Shown: piece after piece, positions 39,340 to 50,526 of the stretch
Layout: every line of letters starts with the position of its first letter
Position numbering within the stretch: position 1 is the stretch's first letter
Source of the DNA: Nitrospirota bacterium
GTDB lineage: Bacteria > Nitrospirota > UBA9217
Assembly: GCA_963845065.1 (NCBI GenBank)
Contig: CAWJQQ010000001.1
Coordinates: forward strand, 1,152,001 to 1,216,000
DNA: 64,000 bases
Direction of reading: 5' to 3'
The notes under the pieces: model-generated
Databases searched by the model: none
What the model saw: only the letters and a program-made list of their open reading frames with translations
What the model was told of the DNA's origin: nothing
Translations under genes and position numbers: made by a program

Positions 39340-40464
39340 TTGCAGAATACAGAAGTATATACCAATGATGTTGTCGACGCAGACGAAAATGGCCGTAGAG
39401 TATCGAAAGCTCATGGAGGCAATATTTATGAGGCTGCTAGGCGCTACGGTATCGATCTGGACAAGATTATAGATTTCAGCTCGAACGTGAATCCATTGGG
39501 GCCTTCGTCCCGTGCGATAGGAGCAGCAAAAAAAGCGCTTTCTCAGATTGATCGCTACCCTGATCCCGAGATGGCAGAACTCAGACGGTCAATTGCCAGA
39601 TATTTTGGCATAAAATCAGAACATGTTATGTGCGGCAATGGTTCTAATGCGCTTATTCACCTTATTCCGCGTGTTTTACGGCCAAAGAAGGTATTGATCC
39701 CGATCCCGACCTTCTCGGAATATGCTGTGGCAGCAGAATATGCCGGTGCAAAGGTAGTGTCGTTTTCTCTGAAGGAGAACGATGGTTTTCGCGTCGATCC
39801 TGTAGAAATGGCTTTTGCTCTCAATGGTGTGGATATGGCGTTCCTCTGCAATCCTAACAACCCCACCAGCCAGGTGATTTCAAAAGGCGAGATGCTCGAG
39901 ATCATGAAGTATGCTCAACAGCGTGGAGTGAAATTGGTTCTCGATGAAGGGTTTATGGACTATATAGAGTCTGAATCAATCATCAAGGAGACAGTGCACA
40001 CATCTGGCATTATCTGTCTTCGGACCTTTACGAAGTTTTTCGGAATGCCGGGTTTCCGCGTCGGATATGCAGTATCCGACGAAACGACGATTGCAGCACT
40101 GCGGAGGGGGCAAGAATCATGGACCGTGTCTATTCCGGCGGAACGAGCCGCAATGGCAGCATTGGACGATTGGTCGTACATAAAAAAGACACGCTCAATT
40201 ATTGCGCGGGAGCGTGACCGTCTGCTTTCCGCTCTCCGTCTTCTGCCTGGAGTGGAGACCTTCCCCAGCTCTGCAAATTTCATTCTTTTTAAACTGACAT
40301 CGAAGGATACTTATACTCTCAGGGAAAAACTCGGCTCTCAAGGTATGCTCGTTCGTGACTGCTCGACGTTCCCAGGCCTTGACGACCGTTATATACGGAT
40401 CGCGATAAAGTCGCGACGCGAGAATAAGCGCCTAATTAAGTCACTTAGAACAATGCTGCTTTGA
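39340..40464 (+). CDS. cobD: L-threonine-O-3-phosphate decarboxylase (CobD/HisC-like)
   Basis: HGGNIY, DFSSNVNPLG, CNPNNPT, TKFFGMPGFRVGY; TTG start after AAGGAG. Confidence 0.8.
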   Translation: MQNTEVYTNDVVDADENGRRVSKAHGGNIYEAARRYGIDLDKIIDFSSNVNPLGPSSRAIGAAKKALSQIDRYPDPEMAELRRSIARYFGIKSEHVMCGNGSNALIHLIPRVLRPKKVLIPIPTFSEYAVAAEYAGAKVVSFSLKENDGFRVDPVEMAFALNGVDMAFLCNPNNPTSQVISKGEMLEIMKYAQQRGVKLVLDEGFMDYIESESIIKETVHTSGIICLRTFTKFFGMPGFRVGYAVSDETTIAALRRGQESWTVSIPAERAAMAALDDWSYIKKTRSIIARERDRLLSALRLLPGVETFPSSANFILFKLTSKDTYTLREKLGSQGMLVRDCSTFPGLDDRYIRIAIKSRRENKRLIKSLRTMLL

Positions 40465-40513
40465 TGCCCTCCCACCGCTAAGGCATGTGAGGTTTTCCGC
40501 GTCATTTTCCAAA
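40461..40513 (-). repeat. 53-nt single-hairpin mini-element, copy C
   Basis: Minus strand: TTTG-GAAAATGACGCGGA-AAAC-CTCACATGCCTTAGCGGTGGGAG-GGCA-TCAA; the terminal TCAA overlaps the cobD TGA stop. Confidence 0.7.
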
Positions 40514-40744
40514 GCGCGTCTTGACCAGCCAAAAAATATTTTGCAAAATAATCCTCTCTGTGCTACAGTAAACAGAAACCATATGAAATTACGGCAGATT
40601 TTTATCAATTTAGTTTGAGAACCAGGCGATATTACAGAATGATGCTTCGGTAAAATATGATCACATGTGTACAAAAGAGCAGAAGTGATTTATTTTTTCC
40701 TGAAGGTTGTGCTGTCATGAGGGATGAAAGGCGGTGGATTGGTT

Positions 40745-40942
40745 ATGGAACCGATCATGTGCCCTTTTTGCGGGGGAACCAACCTGTTTCAGGAAGATGA
40801 TTACAGCATCGAACTTGATTTTGAATACTGGACCATACACCACTGGGAGTGCCTGGATTGCGCACAGTCATTCGACAAGATTGAAATACTTCCCGCATCC
40901 AACTCCTTTGAGGCAATAAACAATGAGAGCACCATCCATTGA
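40745..40942 (+). CDS. Small acidic zinc-ribbon protein
   Basis: CPFCG...WECLDC; 65 aa. Confidence 0.65.
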   Translation: MEPIMCPFCGGTNLFQEDDYSIELDFEYWTIHHWECLDCAQSFDKIEILPASNSFEAINNESTIH

Positions 40943-40970
40943 CGCGCCTTCGGAAGGTGTTTCTGCGGGC

Positions 40971-42101
40971 ATGAGATACGTCCTCCCACCGTCTGAAAGG
41001 CCGACCGTGGCGCATGTCAATTTAGAGGCATTGTCCCATAACTACGCTGAAGTAGTACGTCATGCCGAAGGCAGGAACATCCTTGCCGTGGTTAAGGCCG
41101 GCGCTTACGGTCATGGGGCTATACCGGTTTCCCAGAGACTCCTCCATCTTGGCGCCCACATGCTCGGTGTTGCCATGGTTGAAGAGGCACGGGAGATTCG
41201 CTCGTCCGGCATTCATGCACCCATTTTGGTTATGGGGACTGTATTCCCGGAACAAGCAGAAGCGGTCATCGAACTAAAACTTATACCGGTGGTTTTCACT
41301 ATGTCATTTGCGCAGGCATTATCAGCTGTTGCAGGGACGTTGAAGATGAAAGTTCCGGTCCATATTAAGATTGATACCGGCATGGGACGAATCGGTATCC
41401 CTCCCGAAGATGCTGCTGATTTTATTACCGCGATCGGCAAACTTCCCGGCATCGACGTGCAGGGCCTGATGACTCATTTTGCCGACGCTGATCTCTGCGA
41501 TAAGGAGTATGCCTCGAAACAGATTAATCGCTTTGAATTGCTTATATCACAACTCTCTGCACAGGGGATGACGATTCCTGTCCGGCATGCAGCGAACAGT
41601 GCCGCAATTCTTGATTACCGCCGTGCGCTCTTTACTATGGTAAGGCCGGGACTCATGCTCTATGGATACAACCCCCTTGAGGGGAAAGATGAAAAAACAT
41701 ACCTAAAGCCTGTGTTGTCGCTGGTTACGCGGATAGCTTTTCTGAAAAAAGTTTCATCTGGCGTTCCGATCAGCTATGGCCGGACCTTTGTGACCAAGCG
41801 CGAAAGCCTCATTGCAACTCTCCCAATCGGGTATGCAGACGGTTACAACCGCAGACTGTCGAACGCGGGAGAGGCCATCGTGCGGGGCGTACGCGTTCCG
41901 GTTGTTGGAAGGGTATGTATGGACATGTGCATGATCGATGTGACCGATGTTCCCGGCATCAGTGAAGGTGATCCCGTTGCGCTGATAGGCAGTCAAGCCA
42001 ATGAGAGGATTACGGCAGATGACATAGCTAAAAAGACGGGAACAATTGCATACGAGGTGCTTTGTGGTATCAGTAGTCGAGTCCCGCGAGTTTATCTATA
42101 G
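40971..42101 (+). CDS. alr: Alanine racemase
   Basis: AVVKAGAYGHG, KIDTGMGRIG, HAANSA, GYADG, GRVCMD; start 40923 or 40971. Confidence 0.97.
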   Translation: MRYVLPPSERPTVAHVNLEALSHNYAEVVRHAEGRNILAVVKAGAYGHGAIPVSQRLLHLGAHMLGVAMVEEAREIRSSGIHAPILVMGTVFPEQAEAVIELKLIPVVFTMSFAQALSAVAGTLKMKVPVHIKIDTGMGRIGIPPEDAADFITAIGKLPGIDVQGLMTHFADADLCDKEYASKQINRFELLISQLSAQGMTIPVRHAANSAAILDYRRALFTMVRPGLMLYGYNPLEGKDEKTYLKPVLSLVTRIAFLKKVSSGVPISYGRTFVTKRESLIATLPIGYADGYNRRLSNAGEAIVRGVRVPVVGRVCMDMCMIDVTDVPGISEGDPVALIGSQANERITADDIAKKTGTIAYEVLCGISSRVPRVYL

Positions 42102-42864
42102 AGTATTGGAAACGACGGGCCGAAAGACGTCGGCTTTGTTTACTGAGATCGGATCCGTTCTTATTTTTCTCGGGCAGACGCTTCGTTGGACATTCAGTCC
42201 TCCGTTAGATGTCAAAAGCCTTCTGAAACAGATGGAACAGATCGGCTTCAATTCGATTCCCGTCGTGATAACCACGGCTCTTTCCACTGGCATGGTGCTT
42301 GCGCTCCAGAGCTACACTGGATTCAAGAGGTTCGGTGCAGAGACGCTCATAGGTACGGTAGTTTCGCTCTCCATGACCAGGGAACTGGGGCCCGTGTTAA
42401 CAGGCCTCATGGTCGCCGGCAGGGCAGGTGCGGCTATGGCCGCGGAACTCGGTACGATGCGCGTGACCGAGCAGATTGACGCGCTGTCCACTCTTGCCAC
42501 AAACCCGATGAAATATTTGGTCGTGCCCAGGTTTGTGGCAAGCACCCTTATGATGTTTTTTCTTACGGCATTGGGCATGATCGTCGGTATAACTGGCGGC
42601 TATTTTGTCGGCGTAAAAGTGCTTGGGTCTAATCCGGTCACCTACATCAACAATAGCATAAACAATACCGAGGTGACGGACATCTGGTACGGGTTGGTCA
42701 AAGCGCTTGTGTTCGGCGCTGTCGTCGGGCTCATCGGCTGTTACAAAGGATTTAACACGGAAGGCGGCGCAGAGGGCGTGGGCAAGGCAACAACCGGCGC
42801 CGTGGTGATTTCCTGTATGCTCATCCTAATCCTGGATTATTTCTTGTCAGCCGTGTTGTGGTGA
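42064..42864 (+). CDS. mlaE: MlaE-family ABC permease
   Basis: RELGPVLTGLMVAGRAG, MRVTEQIDAL, GAEGVGKATT; start uncertain (GTG 42064 or TTG 42106). Confidence 0.93.
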   Translation: MVSVVESREFIYRVLETTGRKTSALFTEIGSVLIFLGQTLRWTFSPPLDVKSLLKQMEQIGFNSIPVVITTALSTGMVLALQSYTGFKRFGAETLIGTVVSLSMTRELGPVLTGLMVAGRAGAAMAAELGTMRVTEQIDALSTLATNPMKYLVVPRFVASTLMMFFLTALGMIVGITGGYFVGVKVLGSNPVTYINNSINNTEVTDIWYGLVKALVFGAVVGLIGCYKGFNTEGGAEGVGKATTGAVVISCMLILILDYFLSAVLW

Positions 42865-42868
42865 TGCA

Positions 42869-43621
42869 ATGGCGATGATCGAGGTCATCGATGTGCATAA
42901 AAGCTTCGGCGAACTACATGTGCTCCGAGGCGTGAACCTTGCCGTGGAAAAGGGCGAGAGCATGACAGTGATCGGAGGTAGCGGCAGCGGCAAGAGCGTG
43001 CTGCTGAAGCATATCATTGGGCTCCTTTTTCCAGACAGGGGAAGGGTAGTCGTTGATGGTCAGGTGCTTAACGACCTTGATGATTACAGCTTGAACGAGC
43101 TCAGAAAAAAATTCGGCATGCTGTTTCAAATGGCGGCACTCTTTGATTCACTTTCGGTCTGGGAGAATGTGGGGTTCTCCCTCAAGCAGCACACAAAAAT
43201 GTCGAACAGGGAAATCAGAACGGTAGCGACCGAAAAGCTGGCGCTCGTAGGGCTTAAGGATATTGAGGACAAGATGCCGGTGGAACTTTCAGGGGGGATG
43301 AAAAAGAGGGTAGGACTCGCGCGCGCTATCTGTATGAATGCCGACATTATCCTCTTTGATGAGCCTACGACGGGTCTGGACCCGATTGCTGCCGACGCTA
43401 TCAATGATTTAATCGTAGATCTTCGGAAGAAACTCGGAGTGACATCTGTTTCTATTACTCACGACATGCACAGTGCATACAAGATATCGGACCGTATCGC
43501 CATGCTGTATAAAGGTGAGATCCTGGAAATCGGAACGCCTGAGCAAATCAAAAACACGGAGAATCCGATCGTCCGCCAGTTTATTACAGGAAGCGCGATA
43601 GGGCCGATAACGGCAGAATGA
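42869..43621 (+). CDS. mlaF: MlaF-family ABC ATPase
   Basis: GGSGSGKS, LFDSL, LSGGMKKRVGLARA, DEPTTGLDP. Confidence 0.93.
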   Translation: MAMIEVIDVHKSFGELHVLRGVNLAVEKGESMTVIGGSGSGKSVLLKHIIGLLFPDRGRVVVDGQVLNDLDDYSLNELRKKFGMLFQMAALFDSLSVWENVGFSLKQHTKMSNREIRTVATEKLALVGLKDIEDKMPVELSGGMKKRVGLARAICMNADIILFDEPTTGLDPIAADAINDLIVDLRKKLGVTSVSITHDMHSAYKISDRIAMLYKGEILEIGTPEQIKNTENPIVRQFITGSAIGPITAE

Positions 43622-43716
43622 TTCTAATGCAGTTGTGAAGTAAGGCTTTAGATTGTTTTTTTTGCAGTATAATATTTTTATATATAGTCCGAAATCCGAA
43701 TTAGAACGGAGTTCGT

Positions 43717-45126
43717 ATGGCCAAACTAAGCGCAGAAGCAAAGGTGGGTTTGTTGGTTATTGCGGGTGCAGTTATCCTGCTATACATGACCTTTGCTGTC
43801 GGCAAGTACCAGTTTGGAGAGCGGAAGGGATATCTTCTGCAAGCAACCTTTGACTCGGTAGCAGGTCTCGATGTCAAGGCAACCGTTCGGATGGCCGGTG
43901 TGAAAATTGGCACTGTTGAGAAAGTAGAGCTTGATGACAGCCGCGCGAGAGTGACCATGAGGATCGACCAGGATGTGCACATTCCGCGCGAGACCGAAGC
44001 CATGATAAGCACCTTAGGGTTGTTAGGCGAAAAATATGTCGAGTTTGTCCCGGTCAAGAACAGAACACCCGAGCAATCTTTGCCGGGCGAATCTCCCTTT
44101 TACGGTCCGGGCGATCAAGTGCAGAAGACGATAGCACCGAGCGATGTGGATAAACTCATCAACCAGCTATCTGCAATATCGGATGATGTGAAACAGATCA
44201 CGGGATCGCTTCGCCAGGTTCTTGGCACCCAGCAGGGCGAACAATCCATGGCGGATATGGTCCATGATCTACGTGAGACCACAGCTAATATCAAGGAATT
44301 CTCCTATACCCTGAATAACAACGGCAGCGAACTGGTCATGAGACTGAACGAACTTGTAGCCAGCCTTAATGGTGTCGTCAACGATAACCGCGATAATCTC
44401 AAAGTGACCATGGAAAATGTGAGAGAGGCGTCGAAAAAAGCTGAACTGGCCCTGAATTCCATTGAAAACACTGCAAAGAAGATCGATAGTGGAGAAGGTA
44501 CGATCGGCAAACTTATCAATAACGACAGCATGTACACCAACATAGACAACGCCGCTAAGGGGCTCGACGATTACGTGTCACGGATCGCGCGTATGAAAAC
44601 GATCGTCGGGTTCCGGTCTGAATATATGTTTCCGCAGTCCAAGAGTTACGCTACTCTGGAAATTATGCCGCGGCCGGACACTTACTATATCCTGGAAGCA
44701 ACATCTGATCCATTCGGCAACTTTACATTTCAGCAGACGACAGAAACTCCGCCCGGCGGTACTGTCACGACAGAGACCTATCAAGAGACATTTAAATTTA
44801 GCATTGAATTCGCAAAGAGGTGGGGGAATCTTGCCCTTCGTCTCGGTCTTATAGAATCCACAGGCGGCGTCGGCGCAGACTATTATGCTTTTGACGACCG
44901 GGTCAAATTCAGCCTGGACTCCTGGAACTTCAACAGTCAAGAGCCTGGCAACTTAAATCCCCATCTGAAGGCAACGGCAAGCTACAGCTTAAATAAGTAT
45001 CTCTTCGTGGAAGCAGGGTATGATAACTTCATGAACCCCCAGCGTAAGGCAGCCCTGGTCGGAGTCGGTCTGCGGTTTGATGATGAAGACCTGAAATATC
45101 TTCTGGGAAGCGTTCCTATCAAGTAA
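43717..45126 (+). CDS. mlaD: Long MlaD/MCE protein with helical stalk and C-terminal beta-rich domain
   Basis: TM, VRMAGVKIGTV, GLLGEKYV, long helical region, amphipathic C-terminal strands. Confidence 0.9.
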   Translation: MAKLSAEAKVGLLVIAGAVILLYMTFAVGKYQFGERKGYLLQATFDSVAGLDVKATVRMAGVKIGTVEKVELDDSRARVTMRIDQDVHIPRETEAMISTLGLLGEKYVEFVPVKNRTPEQSLPGESPFYGPGDQVQKTIAPSDVDKLINQLSAISDDVKQITGSLRQVLGTQQGEQSMADMVHDLRETTANIKEFSYTLNNNGSELVMRLNELVASLNGVVNDNRDNLKVTMENVREASKKAELALNSIENTAKKIDSGEGTIGKLINNDSMYTNIDNAAKGLDDYVSRIARMKTIVGFRSEYMFPQSKSYATLEIMPRPDTYYILEATSDPFGNFTFQQTTETPPGGTVTTETYQETFKFSIEFAKRWGNLALRLGLIESTGGVGADYYAFDDRVKFSLDSWNFNSQEPGNLNPHLKATASYSLNKYLFVEAGYDNFMNPQRKAALVGVGLRFDDEDLKYLLGSVPIK

Positions 45127-45193
45127 CGAATAAGACCGGTCTTACCTTGACATTTACGGGACAGTTTCATAGAATACGGCAAAGGAGCGTAGT

Positions 45194-46063
45194 GTGAATA
45201 AACAGATTACGAAAGCAGTTTTTCCCGCTGCAGGCTTGGGGACCCGATTTCTGCCGGCAACAAAAGCCTCTCCGAAAGAGATGATGCCGCTCGTCGACAA
45301 ACCGCTTATCCAGTATGTCGTTGAGGAGGCTGTATCGTCTGGCATCGACCAGGTTGTCGTTATTACCGGTCGTGGTAAACGGGCGATCGAGGACCACTTC
45401 GATGTTGCCTTCGAACTCGAAGAGGATCTTAAGGCGAAAGGCAAACACAAATTACTTTCGGAAATGCAGCGGATAGCCAACCTCGTGACATTCTGCTATA
45501 TCCGCCAGAAAAAGGCGTTGGGACTCGGCCACGCGGTTTTAATGGCGAAACGCGTTATTGGTGACGAGCCTTTTGCGGTGCTTCTCGGCGACGATATCAT
45601 CGATGCTGAAGTCCCGGCACTGCGTCAGATGATGGAGGTCTACACGCGTTATCCGGCCACAATCTTGGCCATTCAGAAGGTTCCAAAGTCCCAAACCCAG
45701 CAATACGGCATTATCGACGGGAAAAAAATAGAGGATGGGATTTATCTCGTTCGAGATCTCATAGAAAAGCCGTCACCCGACGAAGCACCGTCCAACTTAG
45801 CGATCATTGGCCGTTACATACTTACACCGGAAATTTTCCTTTCCCTGGAAAATACTAAACCGGGAAAGGGCGGAGAAATCCAACTTACTGACGGACTCAA
45901 ACACTTGATGAAAAAACAGCCGATTTATGCCTATGAATTTAACGGTGCACGGCATGACGCTGGCGACAAGCTCGGCTTTCTCAAGGCCACTGTGGAGTTC
46001 GGATTGAAGAATGGGGAGTTCGGTGACGAGTTTAGAAATTATTTGAAAAAGTTGAAGTTATAG
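45194..46063 (+). CDS. galU: UTP-glucose-1-phosphate uridylyltransferase
   Basis: KAVFPAAGLGTRFLPATK, LGLGHAV, GEIQLTD. Confidence 0.97.
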   Translation: MNKQITKAVFPAAGLGTRFLPATKASPKEMMPLVDKPLIQYVVEEAVSSGIDQVVVITGRGKRAIEDHFDVAFELEEDLKAKGKHKLLSEMQRIANLVTFCYIRQKKALGLGHAVLMAKRVIGDEPFAVLLGDDIIDAEVPALRQMMEVYTRYPATILAIQKVPKSQTQQYGIIDGKKIEDGIYLVRDLIEKPSPDEAPSNLAIIGRYILTPEIFLSLENTKPGKGGEIQLTDGLKHLMKKQPIYAYEFNGARHDAGDKLGFLKATVEFGLKNGEFGDEFRNYLKKLKL

Positions 46064-46124
46064 AATCTTTAAAACTCAAGGTGCTATTTTGTGCAGGGGA
46101 AGCGTTTAAAACAAGGAGGCTAGC

Positions 46125-48536
46125 TTGGCTAAAACCGAGACAAAAAACATAGATCTCCAACAATCTATTGAGATACCCAAGAAGATTCCCTTGCTTCCTA
46201 TCAGAGATATTGTTGTTTTCCCGTACATGGTGCTGCCGCTGTTTGTAGGACGGGAGATGTCCATCAAGGCGATCGAAGTTGCGCTCGAGGGGAACAGGAT
46301 GATCTTCCTGACATCACAGAAGGACATCAATGTAGAGAACCCAGCGCCGTCAGATTTGTACACAGTAGGCACGGTAGGGGTGATCATGCGGATGCTGAAA
46401 CTTCCGGACGGTCGCATCAAAATCCTCGTACAAGGGGTTGCTCGGGCAAAAACGGCCAAGTTCCTCCAGAAAGAACCCTTCTATCAGGTCGAGATCAAGA
46501 CCTATCCTGACGTAGCGGCTGCTATCAATCTCGAAACCGAAGCGCTTATGCGCAATGTGAAAGAGCAGATCGAGAAACTAGTTTCTTTCGGAAAGGTCAT
46601 TCTTCCGGACATTATGGTGGTCATTGAGAATGTGGACGATCCCGGAAAGTTGGCAGACCTAGCTGTTGCAAATATGGGGCTTAAGGTGGAGCAGGCCCAG
46701 GAGATCCTAGAAATCGCCGACCCTGTACAGAGAATCAAACGCATTAATGAGGCGCTCGGGAAAGAGATCGAACTTTTGTCTATGCAGCAGAAGATCCAGG
46801 CAGATGTCCGGGGTGAGATAGACAAGACGCAACGCGAGTACTTTTTGCGCGAGCAGCTCAAGGCGATCCAGCGTGAATTGGGCGAGACGGATGACCGTTC
46901 CGAGGACATCCGAGAACTTCGGGAAAAGATAAAAGACGCTAAGATGCCCGAGAAAGGCGCCAAGGAGGCCGAGAAGCAGCTCCGCAGACTTGAACGCATG
47001 CACCCGGATGCAGCAGAAGCTTCCATGACGCGGACGTATATAGAATGGCTGGCAGAGATACCGTGGAGCAAGGCGACTAAGGACAACCTCGATCTCAAGG
47101 CTGCCCATAAGGTGCTCGAAGAAGATCACTACGACCTCGAAAAAGTAAAAGAACGCATTCTCGAATACCTTTCCGTACGCAAGCTTAAGGAAAAGATGAA
47201 GGGACCGATCCTTTGTTTTGTAGGACCGCCGGGAGTCGGCAAAACATCTCTTGGTAAATCGATTGCCCGATCTCTTGGCAGGGAGTTTGTACGAATTTCA
47301 CTCGGCGGTGTGCGTGACGAGGCGGAGATCCGCGGTCACCGGCGCACCTATGTCGGCGCGCTTCCCGGAAGGATAATTCAAGGCATCAAGACGTCAGGCT
47401 ATAATAATCCCGTGTTCATGCTCGACGAGATAGATAAAATCGGCGCCGATTTTCGAGGAGATCCTTCTGCTGCACTGCTCGAGGTCCTCGATCCAGAACA
47501 AAACAATTCATTCAGCGATCACTATATAGGACTGCCTTTTGACCTTTCACGGGTCATGTTTATTACTACCGCGAACATGACTGACCCGATTCCTAGCCCG
47601 CTTAAAGACAGGATGGAAATTATCCATCTTTCCGGTTACACGGAACAGGAGAAACTTGGCATTGCAAAGAGTTATTTGGTTCCACGGCAGTTGGAGGAGC
47701 ACGGTATAACGGAAAAAAACATCAGTATTCCCGATAAGACCATATTCGAGGTCATTTCGCAGTATACGCGCGAGGCGGGCGTTCGCAATCTCGAACGTGA
47801 GATCGGACATCTGTGCCGCAAGGTAGCTAGAAAAGTGGCGGAAGGAGAAACCAACCTGTTTACGATCACACCTCAGAACCTCCACAAATACCTCGGCGTT
47901 CCTAAATATTTGCCGGAAGTCGAACGGGACAAGGATGAAATCGGTGTAGTGACCGGACTGGCCTGGACCGAAACAGGCGGTGATATCCTGTATATCGAAG
48001 CGACGACCATGCGGGGCAAGGGGAATCTCACACTCACCGGACATCTTGGCGACGTGATGAAGGAGTCAGCCCATGCAGCGCTCACCTATGTCCGGTCGCG
48101 CGCTGGTCTCCTCGGCATTCAGCCGGATGTATTCGGTAAAACGGACGTTCATATCCATGTACCCGCCGGTGCTATTCCTAAGGACGGCCCATCAGCCGGC
48201 GTAACGATGGCAACGGCTCTAGCATCGGTATTCACGAATGCGCCTGTCAAGAAGGACCTTGCCATGACCGGTGAGGTGACACTGAGGGGCAGGGTGCTCC
48301 CGATCGGCGGACTCAAGGAAAAGACACTCGCTGCCCGTAGGGCGGGGATCAAGACGATGATCATCCCGAAGGAGAATGAAAAGGATCTGGATGATATTCC
48401 TAAGTACCTTCGGAAAGACATGCATTTTATCTTTGCAACGACTATGGATGATGTTATATCAACGGCTCTTAGGAAAAAAGTAGTGCGAAGAATTCCGCAT
48501 AAAAGCCTGCCCGGCAGATCAAAGGCCACGCATTGA
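46125..48536 (+). CDS. lon: ATP-dependent Lon protease
   Basis: [31 protein letters not shown]. Confidence 0.98.
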   Translation: MAKTETKNIDLQQSIEIPKKIPLLPIRDIVVFPYMVLPLFVGREMSIKAIEVALEGNRMIFLTSQKDINVENPAPSDLYTVGTVGVIMRMLKLPDGRIKILVQGVARAKTAKFLQKEPFYQVEIKTYPDVAAAINLETEALMRNVKEQIEKLVSFGKVILPDIMVVIENVDDPGKLADLAVANMGLKVEQAQEILEIADPVQRIKRINEALGKEIELLSMQQKIQADVRGEIDKTQREYFLREQLKAIQRELGETDDRSEDIRELREKIKDAKMPEKGAKEAEKQLRRLERMHPDAAEASMTRTYIEWLAEIPWSKATKDNLDLKAAHKVLEEDHYDLEKVKERILEYLSVRKLKEKMKGPILCFVGPPGVGKTSLGKSIARSLGREFVRISLGGVRDEAEIRGHRRTYVGALPGRIIQGIKTSGYNNPVFMLDEIDKIGADFRGDPSAALLEVLDPEQNNSFSDHYIGLPFDLSRVMFITTANMTDPIPSPLKDRMEIIHLSGYTEQEKLGIAKSYLVPRQLEEHGITEKNISIPDKTIFEVISQYTREAGVRNLEREIGHLCRKVARKVAEGETNLFTITPQNLHKYLGVPKYLPEVERDKDEIGVVTGLAWTETGGDILYIEATTMRGKGNLTLTGHLGDVMKESAHAALTYVRSRAGLLGIQPDVFGKTDVHIHVPAGAIPKDGPSAGVTMATALASVFTNAPVKKDLAMTGEVTLRGRVLPIGGLKEKTLAARRAGIKTMIIPKENEKDLDDIPKYLRKDMHFIFATTMDDVISTALRKKVVRRIPHKSLPGRSKATH

Positions 48537-48582
48537 GCGTTTGGGATAATCGCATAACAGTAGCGAGATATCAGAATTATCG

Positions 48583-49584
48583 ATGAAACTGTCTTCATTA
48601 GGAGAATTCGGGCTGATTGATTACATCCAGAAGTTGGCTGCACGGCATTCATCTTCCGTGATTATCGGCATGGGAGATGATGCCGCAGCGTTAAAGATCG
48701 CTTCCTCATCAATTCTGCTTGCAACCACCGATATGCTGCTTGAGGACGTCCACTTCGACCTCTCCTATACGGATTATTATTCTCTCGGATGGAAATCAGC
48801 TGCCGTTAATCTCAGCGACATCGCGGCGATGGGTGGTACACCCCGGTTTTGCCTGACCTCACTCGGCATCCCGTCCTCTGTGTCGGTTGAACAAGTAAGG
48901 GATTTTTACCGTGGGTTCAGCACTGTACTTCGAACTCATCATGTTCTCCTCGTAGGAGGTGATACATGTTCATCCAGGGAAAAGCTTGTGGTCAATGTCG
49001 TCGTGCTCGGAGAATCCAAGAAAACGCAGATCGTAGCAAGGGTCGGCGCCGAACCCGGAGACAGAATCTTTGTTACGGGCACATTAGGTGACTCCGCGGC
49101 AGGATTGGAGCTGCTTAGAACAAGAGTACGGAGCAAGAGACAGGGGCCGTGGGAAAAGAAGCTGACTCAGAGGCATTTGCGACCCAAACCACGTGTAGAA
49201 TGGGGTATAAAGATCGCACGTGCCCGGTGTGCCCATGCCATGATCGACATCAGCGATGGACTTTCTTCCGACCTGGCTCATATTTGCGAGAAGAGTGGGG
49301 TGGGAGCAAAAATTTATTACGATAACCTTCCCTGTTCCCGGTCCTTGCGCGTAGCAGGGGTTAAACTCGTCAAGACACCGATGCAATACGCACTGTCGGG
49401 CGGTGAAGACTATGAACTTCTCTTTACGGCACCGCCAAGGTATGGAAAAAAACTGAAAACCCTTGGAGTGCCCTTGTCTGAAATAGGCGAAATAACAAGT
49501 TCAAAAAAATTGGTTCTTGTTGACCGGCACGGCATCACGAAACCGCTTGTAGCTGCCGGCTATGATCACTTTGCACGCTCATAA
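48583..49584 (+). CDS. thiL: Thiamine-monophosphate kinase
   Basis: [35 protein letters not shown]. Confidence 0.97.
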   Translation: MKLSSLGEFGLIDYIQKLAARHSSSVIIGMGDDAAALKIASSSILLATTDMLLEDVHFDLSYTDYYSLGWKSAAVNLSDIAAMGGTPRFCLTSLGIPSSVSVEQVRDFYRGFSTVLRTHHVLLVGGDTCSSREKLVVNVVVLGESKKTQIVARVGAEPGDRIFVTGTLGDSAAGLELLRTRVRSKRQGPWEKKLTQRHLRPKPRVEWGIKIARARCAHAMIDISDGLSSDLAHICEKSGVGAKIYYDNLPCSRSLRVAGVKLVKTPMQYALSGGEDYELLFTAPPRYGKKLKTLGVPLSEIGEITSSKKLVLVDRHGITKPLVAAGYDHFARS

Positions 49585-49689
49585 CTACCGCAGATGGGGC
49601 TTGTCGGTTCTTTACTAGTGGACTAAAACTCCTTTCGCTTATACAAAGGATTTTATTCGAAACGATAATTTTGGTGCGAGACTGAAGAA

Positions 49690-50373
49690 ATGAAAATATC
49701 CGTCGTTGTTCCGGTATTCAATGAACGAAATACTATTGAATCGATCATGGACCGCATTAAAGCTGTCCCTCTTGACAAGGAAATAATCGTCGTCGATGAT
49801 TTTTCGAGTGACGGTACGCGGGATATTCTGAGCAAAATGAATGGCGATATGGTAAAAGTAATTTTTCACGAAAAGAACATGGGGAAAGGTGCAGCGTTAA
49901 GGACCGGTTTTAACAACGTAACCAATGATATTGTAATAGTTCAGGATGCCGACCTTGAATACGATCCCGGCGAATACCACAAACTGATTAAGCCTATTGT
50001 GGACGGCAATGCAGACGTCGTGTATGGTTCTCGATTCATGGGTTCAGAGCCTCATCGGGTCCATTATTTCTGGCACATGGTTGGGAACAAAGTTTTGACC
50101 TCTCTATCCAATATGCTCACGAATCTTAGTCTTACTGATATGGAAACATGCTATAAAGTATTTAGACGTGACATCTTAAAGAACATTACGATCGAGGAAA
50201 ACAGGTTCGGCTTTGAGCCTGAAATAACAGCAAAGCTGGCTAAAATGGATTTAAAGATATATGAGGTAGGCATCTCCTATGCCGGTCGAAGCTACAAAGA
50301 AGGAAAAAAAATTAATTGGAGAGATGGATTCTCCGCAATACGGTGTATCATAAAGTATAATCTGCTTCGATAA
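49690..50373 (+). CDS. GT2 glycosyltransferase, DPM1-like
   Basis: VDDFSSDGT, GKGAA, QDADLEYDP, GSRF, TDMETCYK. Confidence 0.92.
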   Translation: MKISVVVPVFNERNTIESIMDRIKAVPLDKEIIVVDDFSSDGTRDILSKMNGDMVKVIFHEKNMGKGAALRTGFNNVTNDIVIVQDADLEYDPGEYHKLIKPIVDGNADVVYGSRFMGSEPHRVHYFWHMVGNKVLTSLSNMLTNLSLTDMETCYKVFRRDILKNITIEENRFGFEPEITAKLAKMDLKIYEVGISYAGRSYKEGKKINWRDGFSAIRCIIKYNLLR

Positions 50374-50526
50374 AGGAACAATCGAAAATCCTGTAGATGA
50401 AAGTCAGCGGGAAAGGAAAATGAGTATTGCGTTTTAGCGAAAGGAAAATCGTGCTGTCGCCTACGATATGTTTAAAAACAATAGGATGTCTGTTTTAACA
50501 AGACTGTTGATTGCATATCATTCAGT

